From: Tubulanus polymorphus
Lineage: Eukaryota > Animalia > Nemertea
DNA: 64,000 bases
Assembly (NCBI RefSeq): GCF_964204645.1
Contig: NC_134026.1
Coordinates: forward strand, 27,128,150 to 27,192,149
Reading direction: 5' to 3'
The notes under the pieces are model-generated. The model did no database searches, was not told the origin of the DNA, and saw nothing but the letters and a program-made list of their open reading frames with translations. Positions 12,140 to 40,475 of this stretch are shown in pieces; position 1 is the stretch's first letter; each line of letters opens with the position of its first letter. A program made the position numbers and the translations under genes.

Positions 12140-14380
12140 TATATCTTCATTCATAACTCAAAAAGAATTGAATAATCATTAAACTTGATGCTCAATTCAT
12201 GAAAAACATATGTCACTATTTCATTCAAGACTGGCATTTTATTTTGATATTTTGTAACTTAATCTAACATGTGTATGTATGTCGCAGTACCTCAATGACG
12301 TTTCAAAAGTAACCTGTATTAAAGGAGTTACCTGTAGGGCATTTCAAACAGATTTATTTCTGAATGATGTACCACCCAAAACATAATATTCGCTTCAAGC
12401 AGGATTGTACGAATATTTCAATTACTAGGCAACCTCCATGGTGATCTTTGATTACAGGGAAAAAAGATGGGTCTGCATTGAAAGATGATTCCTTGTATCA
12501 TACACTAGCATTGTGTTCGGGTTTGATAGATGCAACAAAAAGTTGTTCAGAATGTTTTATTCCGTTTTCTCAGTAAATTGACTCACTCTTCAGCGATGAC
12601 CCCGATGCTACTATAGGCTTTTGAAAAATTCTAAGAACAGCTCTGAATGATACTACAACTGAAAAGTTTTAACGAATGCTCGTTTGATCCTATTTTTATT
12701 TGATTATTCTGATGTAGACCTATATCGGCGAGTGATGGAGATTAAGTTATCATCTCAGCTGCCCAGTTCTAATTAAAGTTTCAAGGGTCTCCCAACAGAC
12801 TCAACTAAGTTTGTTGTGGTTTGTTGATGTTCCAGATATTGGTTTCATTATCAATGTAATTGTTTATTATAATGTAATGACTTATCATGTGTTAAATTAG
12901 TATGTACACCACGTTCCATGCAGTCTCTTACAAGATTATATACATATTGTCATGTATACCTTTTTCACTCCATGTAATGGCGAGCAGATCAGTATATGTG
13001 ATATTTGTTTAAAAAATAAACACGTCAATTAATGAAAATTATAATGGTTCCTTGTTATTTATAAAGGATAATTGGTAAAGTCTTGCAAACATTCCATACT
13101 TGATATTAGAAACTAATGTTCGCTCGATTGTCAAGTGAATATCAGTCGAGTATGAAATACCACACATAGGACTGCAGATGATGATACCAACGAACACGGG
13201 CAACGAAAATATAATAAAATAGCAGAAGGAATCAAAAACAAAATTAGTCTCATTATGATAAAATCTTTATTGATTATCAATAAACGAATTGAATATTTTC
13301 TAGTTAGTACCAGAGTTTACACTCAAATGGCAGCAACCCGTAAAACTAATCAGTCACTAGTCCAGTGTATTCCACAAATTTCTATTTAATTGATTATCAC
13401 AGATTTATTAATCCAAGAATTACAAAGAGCAATGTAACGTAATTAATACATGCACAGAATACCATTATCCCTGATTTCTATGCTTTCATGATTCATATTG
13501 AAACGAATAATAATCAGTTTGAAACGAAAGACTTAAAATTTATAAAATGAAATTATTAATAGAAATTCATGTAGGAAGAAATATATAAGATGTTCGCGAA
13601 AAGATCGAATAGTCAATTGTAAAATGTTTCGTAACGCAACATCTTCAGTTTTACCACGAAACAATCTGCAAACCATTGCATATTGACTACTGCGACTACC
13701 ACATCTCGGATATTATATATCTAATTAGCGTGTACCAATTAGGAATGGAATAAGGCGGTATCATTTATAGCTAAGATCATTACAGTTATATCATATATAT
13801 GAGAATCATCATATTTAAGTATATATCCTGTTGCTAGTATTGATAGCCTTCATATTAATTCTCATTATCTAGCAACAGACATTCACAATTCACTGCAGGT
13901 GCCTATCACTCTATAACAGCATGAGAAGTTGCGTGTCCTTCCCAAGAAATTTGCCGCAAAACGTTTAATGCATATGTACAATAATAGACAACAGTCCTTC
14001 ATTTTCATTTGATTCTTAAGTACTAAACATGATTATAATGAGAATTCTATCAGAGCTGGAGGGTGTGTGTCATTTGATTGCTCTGTCTTTGAACTTCCAA
14101 TTAAGTGTAATACACCTGTATCCCCCACACGACAGAGCACACCTCATTCCAGGAATATGAAAAGTAATTTGATAATGTAACATATTATACAATACTGGCT
14201 AGTATAATTCTCTTTAATGTTCTACAATGTATTAAGTTCAATTAGCACCTTCATATGGACAGTACACAGATTATCAATTGCACTTCAGGACTATATACAG
14301 TATCGACGATATTTTAAATCACTTTTAAAAAGGTGTCTCCATTATCTCAATTTTTCTCGGACAACTGAAATGTTTGAGTT

Positions 14381-17734
<3,354 letters not shown>

Positions 17735-19589
17735 GGCTATTATCCTAATCAAAAGAAGACAAACAAATTTGATAACCATGAAGGAACACACGCCGTAGTG
17801 AAACCAAAACTTAATCACTATAAAGATTAGAATTGAATGGATAATTAGTGGTAGCTATTAGGCTATTAATTAGAGGCAATGCCAATGGATTGGATATGCA
17901 AATGTACCGTATTTTACTAAATTTTAGCGGTATTCACTTAACTTTTTCAACTTAAACTTTTTTCAGTTATCAGTTCACCTTTTGATACACAAACCCATTA
18001 AAAATATTCGTGCGGTTGTATTTAGGCCTATATAGCTGATTATGAACGTAAAAGGCGCAATAAAGTATTAATTGCATTGAATAGAACAGTAATATAGTAT
18101 CACCAAGCTTTAAATGACCAGAAAGCGAATGGTTTTTACCAATACTTAATTTTTCTTGGTTTAACCTATCTTGTACTTTCTCCAAAGCATCGTTCATTTA
18201 AGTGTCAATAAATATTATACGCATGAAACCTGTTAGAAGTAAAACACTAACAAATCACAAGAATGTTTCCGGGTTAATGGCAGCACTGCACGGTCAATAA
18301 CTCACGTGCCACAGCTCACATTGACTGTACGGCTGTGAGGGAGAAGGCCGAGTAAAAGTCCTTTAAGCTAAACCCTAACCAGTCCCTTCTTCTTCCGTTT
18401 ACTGTCAGCATCAACTTGTTGATGAATATTACAGTTTTGTAGTCCCAGTGAACGTAATACCCGAAAAAGTTCGGGGTTTGGCGCCATAAGTGATCTTTTT
18501 TGTGATACGATCACATTTCCGAGATACGATCACACCCATTTCTTGTGATCCTGCCGCAAATTGCCTGTGCCGTGGCGTGTCGTGCAGCAGCGTTGCCCCT
18601 CGAGCCCTGTGCCTGGGACAGGACCCGAGATGCGGCGCACCGCCTAGTGTACGAGTAATCTGCGTCATCATTATTTTCTAGACACTGCTTACCTTCAACT
18701 AATGGTCCCGATTCAATAGTGAAATACAATGAATAAGAAGACATATCTATATATGACTGACCTTGCTAAACGCGGACGATAAGATAACAACACTCAAGAA
18801 ATTGGTGTGTGCTATATTATTTACCGCGTGTCAACAATTCGGACGGTGCAGCCCCCAAATACAGCATTTATTACCGGTCGTTGAAATGCTAATCAGAGAA
18901 ATTCGGCCAGTCCGTGCATGGTCCTCTTCAAACCCTTTTAGCTTGACCCGGCCTGAGCATTTCCTACGTTCAACCATACCCGTGGTGGGTTTAGGGGGGA
19001 GGGGTGCGTGCTCCCACTAAAGGTGGCACCTTTTTTCTATAAATGATATGTCATCGTAAGAAGTCAGGGTTTTTATTTCAATTTCCATCCATGTTAGTTC
19101 CCTTTTTATGCCGATTTTAAGGTTCTAATCGATAAGTTACACCGACGCAGTGTGTACTCGATCTCATTCAGCATTCTACTTATTTGCTCAACTACTTATT
19201 TATAAACCGTGACTTAACAACTATAACACATAACAACATAAAACAATAAATTTCGCAAATATATAGTTGAAATGACAGAATGCTTGGGGGAATTAAAGTG
19301 TCAAAGTCTAATTTGCGGTTTTTGGACCAGTGGCGTTGTAGCTGTAATATCTTCAAGTTGCAATCATTTTTGCAGAAGTTATGATTTTCACATTAATTCA
19401 AATTGTTTTAATCCGTTGCAGTGGAAATCTGGCAATTTATGTAGTGGTTGGAAGTTTTTAATTGGTTTTTAAATCATTTAAAGTCTTTTTGATGGAAATA
19501 ATGTTGTTGGATTGAGCATCATTACAATTTCTGTGATATACGGTCAAGAAAAAATAAATATATATTGTTTGTTCTTTGGAATCGGTGCT

Positions 19590-19960
19590 AACCGAACCCA
19601 GGACAACCTTTATATTAAGTATCAGATTCATTGGGTTCGAACCCGGACACCCCTATCCTCTATTCAGCATCGACCACTCAGAATCACTAAGCAAATGCCT
19701 GGGACACCCCTGTACATCCTCTATTCAGTATCAGGAACTCTGAATCAATATCAGTTATTGGACGCCCCTGTTCATTCTGTTAAGATCACTACCACTCTGA
19801 ATGGGTGTCAGTAATTCCTCTTGTTTCGAACCCGGGACACCCCCGTACATCCTCTATGCAGCATCAGGACTACTCTGGATCAGTAAGTAGGCCTAGGCCT
19901 AATTACCGGGTTCAAACCGGGACACCCCTCTGAACATCCTCTAACCAGCATCCACTCTCC
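19590..19960. repeat. Degenerate ~60-85 bp tandem repeat (5-6 units) with GGTTCGAACCC motif
   Basis: Recurring GGACACCCC...ATCCTCTATTCAGCATC...ACTCTGAATCA at about 19644, 19702, 19760, 19835 and 19920. Confidence 0.75.
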
Positions 19961-20418
19961 AACAAATACTAGATTCCGAGACACCTGTGTTTAGGGTCAC
20001 AAATCTGAATTGATTTTGATGTAGCAATGAATATTTTTGATAAAGTCACACTTAGTCGCGATAAAGGAGCAAAGTCACTACAGTCGCGATCCAGACTTCC
20101 GACAGACACGATTACGTCAATGTCCACGAAGGCTCAGTTCGCTACAAAGCTGTGCGTCTGAAGAATTTGTTCCCCTGTTGATACTTTATACGATGATGTC
20201 AGATAAAGCATTATCATCTTCTATTACGACAACGGCGCGTGACACTTGCGTCATCAGCTCAGAGCGAGCATCACCGCACTCCAGATGAAATGTGTGGCAG
20301 TTCTATTTATTGATCGGCATTTCCTTGTATGGAGAGCTGACAATATGTAGGCACACTTCACAAAATTGCGGGGTGGTTGCGCAGGCACGCCGAGAGTCTG
20401 GCCCCGGTGTAGCCAACT

Positions 20419-20492
20419 GGGGGGGGGGGGGGGGGGGTGGGGTGGGCGGACGGCTGAAACGCCGACCTGATGTGGTGCCGCCGCCCCCCCCC
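20419..20492. repeat. G19 homopolymer plus further G tracts and a downstream C tract
   Basis: 19 consecutive G (20419-20437), then TGGGGTGGG, and a C run near 20483-20492. Confidence 0.85.
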
Positions 20493-20868
20493 CAACTTTG
20501 ATAAACGACGATGTTACTTAAATAGATTTCAGAATTAGAATTTTCCATGAGATAGTATCATCCGCCCGATCGAAATTAGCCGGGTTCGCTCGATCGAATT
20601 GCCCGCGGCCCGGGTTCGACAACACCCCATAAGCATGATAAGGTTATTTTTCATATTGTGATTAAAAAAAAACACGCATAACTAGCAAAATGACGAACTT
20701 TGTTTACGTATTGTTTGCTGTCATTGGTTATTTTTGTTATCGATTCCATGTGTTTGATGAAGTGGGTTGCGCGTACCGGTACCTAGTTTGCCAACAAATC
20801 GGCTACCGTACTTGTATCCGTTCTCGAATTGAACGCTACGCTGCGGCCACCGTGAAACACGATCGGCG

Positions 20869-20876
20869 TGACGTCA
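20869..20876 (+). promoter_or_regulatory. CRE palindrome in the CpG-rich probable DOT1L promoter
   Basis: TGACGTCA about 400 bp upstream of the DOT1L ATG. Confidence 0.4.
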
Positions 20877-21265
20877 ATGTTCGGAAACACGTTCGGTAAT
20901 CTCCGGCAGCGATAATTGGGTCACGATTCTTGGAAGGAACTGAGTGGCTTACTATAAATTTTTTTATTCCTTATTTTCATATTTATCGTCGGAAACTGCG
21001 ACCCAACTGTTCATTTTACGTGAAATTAACATTCTACATAAACGTTGGCCACATTTGGATCATTAGGATTTCATTTGTAAACACGATTTTAAGCCAAAAA
21101 TGCTTGTTGAACTGGTGGAAAAATCAGTCCTTCTTATGAAATCTGACTCCACCGATTCCCAGCGAGGGTTGTTTCACTAATTGTGTATTTTGATCAGGAC
21201 CCCCAATACAGTGGTAGTGGATATAATGATGTAGCCATAAAAGGAGTTCAATGATAATAAGTAGG

Positions 21266-31646
<10,381 letters not shown>

Positions 31647-34600
31647 TGATGGTTTAATTTAGGAAATACTGTCTGTCCGTGAGAAGTGAATACCATCTTG
31701 TTTCTGTTCAGTCAGTGTGATAAACTTTCTATTGTCAGTATCAGGGATGTCATCCATCAAATCATTTAATGTACATTGTCTTTGGCAACTTCCATCGCCA
31801 AGGCAAAAGGCAGCATGTCATCATCGCGCATATCAAATAGTGACTTTTCTTCCTTGGATTGATTTTTCTGAGCCTCAGATGTTTAATTATTCAGCGATAC
31901 CAAGTTAATTACGAGAAAGACTCATCACAATCACACAATACTATCAACTAGTCATCAACATCGTTATTGCAAATATCAGGGATTAAAAAGTGATAGTCAT
32001 CAGTGGAACTGAAATTGGTATGTGTGACTGGAATTAGGATATTTTATACAACACCATGACATCGTGGCATATAATGATACTGCATCGGTCATCAATGAGA
32101 TGTTGAAGTGGTGATGGTTTATAGTTGCGGTTAGTTTAGATCGATTCTATTTTTGGGTAAAAAGGGAATTTCTGTCGTTTAACATTCCTCCCACTATTGT
32201 ACATAACCATGTATGGTGTAAAAGAGATGAGAATAGATTGATATACTCCGAAGATACATGTACCCAGTGCTTGTGTATTTACAATGTCCTTAAAATTGAA
32301 GTTAGTGGGTGTCTTATGAATTCCACCAGTATATGGTAGAAATAGGTTTATTTGCATCTAATCACGATTAATTGTGTATACCAGAATAAAAGTATTGGAG
32401 GTTGCAGAAAGTCTTCTCTATGAGGCTATATCTTACTCAATAGATAGTTTATTGTAATATTTCCTTATTGTGTGTAATCCTGTCTCAAAATATTAGTTCT
32501 TATGAATTATTATGGTGTTTTGTATCTTAATTGGCCGTTTGGTCCGAAAAGTTATTCCATGCAGATGGATTAAAGATTTGTTGGATAGTTATTTGATTGT
32601 TTCAATAACTTTAAACACCAAACATTGTTGAAATTAAATGTTGTGAAAAACTGGCCTGACTCTACAGTTGATTTTTATTCAAAAACTGGCTTTGAAGATC
32701 TTGAAAAGTCAGTGAGAATTCTGTAGTTAGATTAAACGCACAATCTTTGAGTAGTAATGTAGATGCATAAATAAGGCGGATGATGATGTTATGAATATTC
32801 ATTTACTTCTTTTTAAGCTATAATCATTCATGTTGCTTTGTACTAAGCATAGCTGGCAGTATTTAATACTTTTCTTATTATCTTGCTATGAAATAAGTTC
32901 TTATTGCAGCAACTTTATATAATGTACATTACATAGATTTTCATGTTCTTGGGAATGTTTGCTTCTTCGAAATTGCACCATTTTCATTTAAATCGTAAAA
33001 TTCATTTTGTGTCATCAATTGTGTATTTTCTATGGTTTGATAACTTTTTAAACATTTTTTTTTATTTTGTGTACTTGACGTACATATGTTATTAATTTTA
33101 TGTACTGTTTCATGAGATGGTGGATTTCTATGAATTTCTAAACATTTTTTAGTTAATTACTAAGGTGCATATGTTATGTGTTACCCACTGGTATCATAAA
33201 TCTTCGATCAACAATATTCATCTACCGATATTTCTACTGTGACTGTGTGAATGATCTTAGCCGTCTAAGGTCTTACTGTTAGTGGATAAAATGAATGGTT
33301 TGAATTTCATGACTAAGAGTGATCTTTTAACCAGCATTTATTGAATATTACGTATATGTTGACTATATGGTGCTAGCTACATGTATTTCATATACATGAT
33401 TTTTTTCTTATTTGTTGAAACACATTGTTAATGAATGATGGAAATTCAATTTAAAAGTAATTAAACCACCTTAAATTGCTGAAATGTTGTGCTTAGATAC
33501 CATGGTATGCATTATGATTGTAACCATTCTATTTTAACCACATCAAACAACTTCTGAGCAACTGGTCTCTTTCTCTATATTGTCTTTACCTTTTTCGTCA
33601 TACATGTACATTAAAAAGAAAAACTCGGCTGACTGTGCTCTTTATGGAAATGCTTTTTTTTTAAGCGGTTAAGTATATATTTTGATTTCTTTCTTAGCAT
33701 GAATTAACATCTCTTGTATTTATTAGCACAAAAATGGTTGTATATATTATATCATGATATTTTAAAATTTCAGCTCTACTCTGTGTGTAGAGATACCTTA
33801 AACATTAAAGGTGGCTTGAAATCTAACTAGTCAGGGATAATGTTTCAAATAGCACCTAAATTACTCTTTGCACGCTTATATATTAGTATCATGTATATAG
33901 AATAGAATATTAGATATTGTGCAGGCAGTCAACCATTAGACAACACTATCATCTGAGCCATTTGATTATAATTGTGCTTTTATGGAATGTAGAGTTGAGA
34001 CAGTTTTCGATTTAATCATTTCTTGTTTGCCTGTGGAATACTGGAATATGAATTACTGGATAACTCAGAAAGCAGCGGTATATTAGTCGAGTATCTATAG
34101 ATAATTTGTGGAAATTTCATATCAAAACTGGTAAATCGTGTATTGTCTTATCATCTACATTATCTATAGATGTTGTGTGTATAATAATAAATGTGTAACT
34201 TCATGACCAGGTTGCATTTACAGATGAAAATACATACCTTTATTACTGTAGTTCTAAAGTTAACAGTGTTCCTGGGTTGTTCAAATTGGAAAAGATATTT
34301 TTGAATGAAAAACTGATTCTCCATCTTATCAATGTGAAAAGTATACAGAAATGTCGATGTACCGGGTATAATGAGTTCACCGGTTGTACAAAATGTTTCC
34401 ACTAAAAACGTTTTCTAGATTTGATATTGTTACCTACCTGTAAGAAATATGGCCAGTATATTTATACTATGTAGTAAAATTCAACTGCTTCATATATTGT
34501 ATACTTATTAGCTGATGAATATACTTTGGATGAAGGTTAGTAATTGTATAGAAACTAACCTTTGTTACTATTGTACCTCTTAACCAAATCGTTTTATGCA

Positions 34601-36823
34601 TTTACCTTTAGCATAGATGCATACAAAATGCACAAAGATATTGTTTAAGTCATTTTCTAGATGAGGATTTTGACTTGATTCAGAAAAGGGCCTGTTTGGC
34701 GTCATGAATATTTACCCAAATAATGAATTTTCAATTGAGAGTGTTTCAATAGAATGTTGATATTATAGTTGCATGTTTTTGGATATAAGTTTCTAGAAGA
34801 TGTTATGGAAATGTGAAAATGGTGGTTGTACGTATATTACGAAATTTGATATTTTTTGCATTCAGTCCTTTTTCAAAAATGCTTACAATTTTGGAGAAAA
34901 TTATGTTTTGGTACGTGGTTCTACTTTCTAGTTCATATAAATGATTTTAGCATATTTATATCATAGTAGTCAAGTTTGATAGATGCACAGATTGCGGAGA
35001 GATGTAAGATTGCAAGTCTACTCCCTCACATTGAAAGCCTTCTGATCAAAACGGCGTCAGTGTAACTGCCGTTGTATGGAAAAAATCATACACTATTTAA
35101 CATTGATGTAATTTTGTTGTCAAGATAATTACTAGTACTCCAAGATCTAACACAAGTGTTTATTAAAGAGTGGCAGCATAATGAGATAGCATAACATTGT
35201 CGTCAGTGTTGAATGCGGGCTGTGTTATACTAAATTCTAGCATTTCACGTGTTATTTTTCACATACGAATCTGGCAAAATTAGTGAATAACATGTGTGTA
35301 TGTGCTGGCACAATATTATAAAATTTACGGTAATATAATTACTGACAAAAAGATGGTTAACTTTCGAATTGCACGTTTAGTAGTTTTAATTTTATTGAAG
35401 GACTTTGTTCTTTTAGTAGTTCATTGAATTGAAGAAGAAAATATTGTGACTGTACCAGTCTCTAAAAAACTTTTGTTTGATACGTTTAAAGAATTAATTT
35501 GTGTGAGTATATCTGTATAGTTGTCAACATTATATAAACCTAATTATTTTGCTTATGAAAAAAATGTTTTATTGTGTCAAAAAAACTTTATGATAATTTA
35601 TTACGAGTAATAATTGTTATTTTTATCTGAATTTCATCTCGATGCAATGGATTTCTACTATTCAATGTGGACGAAGAACTGGCCAGATTTAAATAATGCG
35701 CTGCTATTTCGATCCACTGTATACAGCGGTCAATCCAGAGGGTACGCTGGGAGCACCCCTTAAAGTACTGCAGATTTGTGTGATTGGTTCTCCTTCAGTG
35801 AATGTGGAATATCTTTTCAATTTGTGAGTTAAATACTCGCATGATAGACTTTGTTGCTCTTCAAACCATAATAAGGCATGATTGATTCCACACATGATTA
35901 TTGAGAATCATTTCTATTTAGAAAGTTGCTTCAAATTCTTGATTAATTAAAAGAACGATTCCATTAAATAATGAGTACGGTAAGTGTTGATGGAAATGAC
36001 GATTGAAACAATAATTCGCCCACGGCACCACAGTAAAAATAATAGAGATTTGCAAGGTCTGATCTCACCCGTCTAGCACTTCCCCTGCACTTTTCAGCTT
36101 TTGTTGACATTTCTGTGAAATGGAAGCACCGATGCAGGGCCTTTACAAAGTTTTTCCAGAGAGTAACACGAAGTTGCACTTAGCATAGTATACTTGCTAC
36201 AAACTACTATACTACCATCTGAGATGTGCTGAAATCTGTCTAAAATCATTTATAGGCAGCAAGAATCAAGTAAAACTGAAATTTATAATAATTATGCTAA
36301 TTTTAGTAGATCTAAACTGCAGTTGATATCAAATACATAAATAATACAACATTCGGTATAAAGGAGCAAAAACAAGTAAATGAAGATTATATTTTATGCC
36401 AATACCACATGAGGAATTTGTTGAAAATCTACAGCATATTCAGTAAAAAGATTAATAATGCAGCTTATCTCATTTGTTACTTTTACATGAATTTGTTCTA
36501 TAGAATACTAACGAAAGGAACCTTTATGAGACTAGATTATTGATGAATACATGTACAAATAAAATACCAAATCATCATTGTTAAAAACTACATCAATTTT
36601 TAATCTCAAGAATTCTTGACTATCATAGTGATTAACAATACATACAATCTACATTGTTTATGATCATTATTTCAACTAACTACAGCTCATGATAATCTAA
36701 GCTACGTACAAAGCATTTTCTTATCACAGTAAAACACAAACATGACGTAGAAATTGGCAGCATTCAATACTAGGACGGCTTAATATGTACTGGTATAAAA
36801 GATGTTGAAGAGACTGCACAAAT

Positions 36824-39800
36824 TTACACCTGCAGTGTTTCTGTACATTTTACAACCCATTCTAATCTCTCAATCACTGGAAGAAGATGTAGAGCCACCT
36901 GAAAATTGAAATTAACAACAATTCAATGCAGATGGCTGAATGAATAGAACTGACATACAAGTATAGAATCGGTACAGCATCTAACAACATACCTGAGTGG
37001 ATCGAGCATGTACATCTACAGTATAATCTAGTCCATCCTTATTAGAGACAACATTCTGGCTTTTACTGCAGTCAAGTCTTACTGAGACTTTTGCCCGAGA
37101 CTGAAAAACAATAACACCAAAGCATGAATGAGAAATGTGATACATATGCTCATATACTGGTAACTCAAAACTCAGTTTACTTCATTCAGTTACCTTATTT
37201 TCTAAAACATATGATTTTCTACCATCATTCAAGTAGCTATAGAGAGTAACATCTCTAACTATTCTTTTAGAATCACCCTTAAGTACAGAAAAATATTGAA
37301 TGAATTTTCAAACAAAATTAATGACAGGTACTGCTGTTAACTGCTGTACTGGTACCTTATTGATGACAGATTGGGAAACTATCTTCTCTACTTCAATTGT
37401 ATTTGTTAACCCTTTCACAGTAACTGCAGAGTCATCACCATCTTCAACATAAATATCAAGTGAGAATGGACACGCCTGAAATTAAGAAGCATGAGGATAA
37501 TCAGTAAAATGAACAACCACTAAACAGCAATAGAGATAACATAGCATCAAAATATTCCTCTTCATGTATTTTTGATAGCATTTATACTTGCCTCATCAAG
37601 AATAAGAGCTTTATTATAACCCATACTCCTCAATGTTACCCAAAGATCATCTGTATCTCCTTCATTGTCATCAGCTTCCATTTGATTAAGTTGAAGGAAA
37701 CCTTTCCTGGTTATTTCGCCATTTTTCAGCTCGACATTTTCTACAAATAAAGCAATGCATAACGTTCTGTTGAAGAGAAAATCAATTAGTAATTTCATCT
37801 TCATTCTGAATTACCTTCAACAACTTCCCATTCATCATCAGCTACTTCTTCCCCACTTGTTCGTAGATTATATAAATTAAATTCCTGCCGATTCAACGAA
37901 CCATTACCAGTCAGATCACACAGATCAAAAATCTCTGACAGCGCTTCCCTATGAGAAAAAAACAATTTCGGTCAAAGATTACACGCAAATTTCAGATTTC
38001 AAATAAAACACAAAATCAAGAATTTTGGATTGATTTACTTGAATTGTTTTGTCAAGATGAATTTTCCATCTTTATCCTTTTTCACGAGTTTTGTTTCAAC
38101 TTTTGGCTCATTCCGTCGTCTTTTCAGTTTACAACCAGTCGTGAATGGCATCAAACGATAGCTGCCTTTTTGAAGGTCACATCGAACCCCATATTTCTAA
38201 AAGAACGTAAGTCAAGCTCCCTCTTCTCACACGTATCACATAAAATACTCTTAATTTGAAAGATGAGCAACACTAACATACCCCTCGAGCATCGCGCTCT
38301 TCAGTAAATGTCAACAGACTGTCTTCCAGTGATGCAGATGTTTCATGACGAACGATAAACATCGCTGTATCCACTAAAGTTCGAGTAGGATCTGAATGGA
38401 AATCAAGATTTTTGTGTTTTCACGTCTCACAAATTCGGATCAAGAGGTAAATACTGATGTACCTTCTGTTTTGATATCTCTAGGCTGTATAGTAATCCAA
38501 ATACTTGAATCCTCAGCTAGCTTCAGGATATATTCCTGACTAATTATATTGTGATCATCATCAATGTGGAAACATCCTCTTCTTGAATGGTGCTTCCAAT
38601 CCTTCAGAAAATAACAAACAAACCTAACAATAAACACACACACGCACAAGAAACTAATAATTAAATGAATTAAGAAATACCCTCAGATTCCTTGGTTCCT
38701 GTAGTTTTAAGCGTTTAGAAGCTACAGCTGGATTCGTTCCATCTTCAGACTTTGAGCGACTGCGTGGCTGAGGTTTGGGTTGATCATTTATACCTGAAGT
38801 AGATGTAAATTATAAGTGATGTAGATACCCTTTTCAACATAACAGTTACACATGATAAAACTCACTTGTTCGAGAACTTGTCCTGCCAGAACGAGGTCGG
38901 GGCTCTCGCCCGTCTGCAGAGCGCGCACTGCTCACTTTTCTATTCTTTTCTTTATTTTCCATCTTCTTCCTTGACATCTTCTGAAGCTCTTTTGTTGTCG
39001 ACATCACGAGATTACAAAACTAACATAGAAGCGAAATTTGCTCTGTGCATTATTGAAATATTCTAACAGCAATTAAACAGCCAATAAAATGTTCTTACCT
39101 CCTTATAGTCTAGTTTACCATCTTTATTTTCATCAACCTCATCCATGATTGCCTTAACCTCTTCAGTGGTCATTGGCTCACCTTTCTAGATTAAACAATG
39201 AATGCAAGATGTATAGGAATTAGCACACAACCAGGTTCCACAGTTGTTTCAGTGTCTATAAAATATACCAACTTATAGGCTAGAACTAGACGCCTCATTA
39301 CAGGTTTGCTTACTTACATTTGTGAGGGCTTTACAGAGTTCTTTAAGTGACAGAAAGCCGTCTCCATTGACATCCATTTTTCGAAAAGATTTCATTAAAT
39401 CATCCTCAGATGTCAATGGTTCTCGTTTACAAATATCACAGAAATCATCAAACGAAAGAGATTCTGAAATCAGAATATTCGATGCAATAATAAATGATAC
39501 CAAAGTAAACATAGATTTTGTAAAACTTTGAACGGACCTGTTCCGCGCTTCCAATATTTTGTGATACTTTTCTGTGAAGGGTTTCTTCCAGTTTGCTGTA
39601 TAACTAAGAAAACATATCATGTAAAGTTAAGTCATATTCTGGAATCTCGAAAAGCCGATGTTGAATCATCATTGTTACATTTACCAAGTTGTAAATCATC
39701 TCTGGATCTGATCACATCTGATATATCATCAAACACTGTCAAAAATGCAGCTTTGCAATCCAAAAAGAATTCATCATCTTTCGGTCGTGGAAGTAGCGGC

Positions 39801-39829
39801 GACCGTTGAGAAGAATGTCGCGATGACAT
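36824..39829 (-). CDS. EFCAB7: EF-hand calcium-binding domain protein 7, multi-exon
   Basis: EFFLDCKAAFLTVF, QQTGRNPSQ, EF-hands DVNGDGFLSLKEL and DENKDGKLDYKE, EPRNLRDWKHHSRRGCF, IFDLCDLTGNGSLNRQEFN..LRTSGE, ELKNGEITRKGFLQLNQMEA..GDTDDLWVTLRSMGYNKAL; ends ...WVVKCTETLQV*. Confidence 0.92.
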
Positions 39830-40229
39830 GTTTTTTTGCTGACGATTCGTGACCAAGTGCTTTTTTCAGTTAAATCCCTAAACTTAAGAGATAGAATGAA
39901 TTTAATAGCTGAGGCCTTAAAATACCCAGTGCCTAGTAGGCCAGTAAGTAGTTACTAATTAAGTAAGTAAGTAGTTAATAACTATTAGTATTAAATATAT
40001 AATTTTAGTAATATTGGGCATTGGCATTGCCTTGGCAATGATTCCATCTCTCAGTCTCGGAAAACTTTAACTATGATAGAATCTGTGAGTGTCATCTTGA
40101 CTTAATTTCTTGTCAACTTGAATTACTTTATCAGTAATACATAATCTGTAGTGATTAAAACAGCTAGTTACCGGCAGCAGAGTCAGATATTTTCCACAAC
40201 CAAATTCTCGAATTCTTTCAGTTTCGTAG

Positions 40230-40440
40230 TCCGGTGTAAACAAACCACGGACTGCGACAGTGACTGTGCATCGTTAAGGCGTCCGTGTCAATGCCGTCAG
40301 TCTAAATCCTGGAATACGTGTTTTAATACTTTATGATTCCGGTGAAGCAGCCACTGATAATCCGCAGCGCGCGATATTGATCCATTTCCGGGTTACTAAA
40401 TTAATTTACTTTGCCAAAAATTTTCGCTTTAATTTCACGA
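40230..40440. promoter_or_regulatory. Probable bidirectional promoter EFCAB7/SYMPK
   Basis: Divergent ATGs at 39829 (-) and 40476 (+); candidate EFCAB7 5'UTR donor near 40171 (-); CpG-rich patch with GCGCGC and ETS-like TTCCGG. Limits are approximate. Confidence 0.55.
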
Positions 40441-40475
40441 TTCAAGCGACGTTTAGTTAATTATTTGTGCCAAAA

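Noticed and set aside
18429-19020. Cluster of overlapping short ORFs
   Set aside because: GC-rich promoter/UTR sequence with no recognisable domain.
20292-20548. Poly-Gly/poly-Pro ORFs on both strands
   Set aside because: Produced by G and C homopolymers; no splice or homology support.
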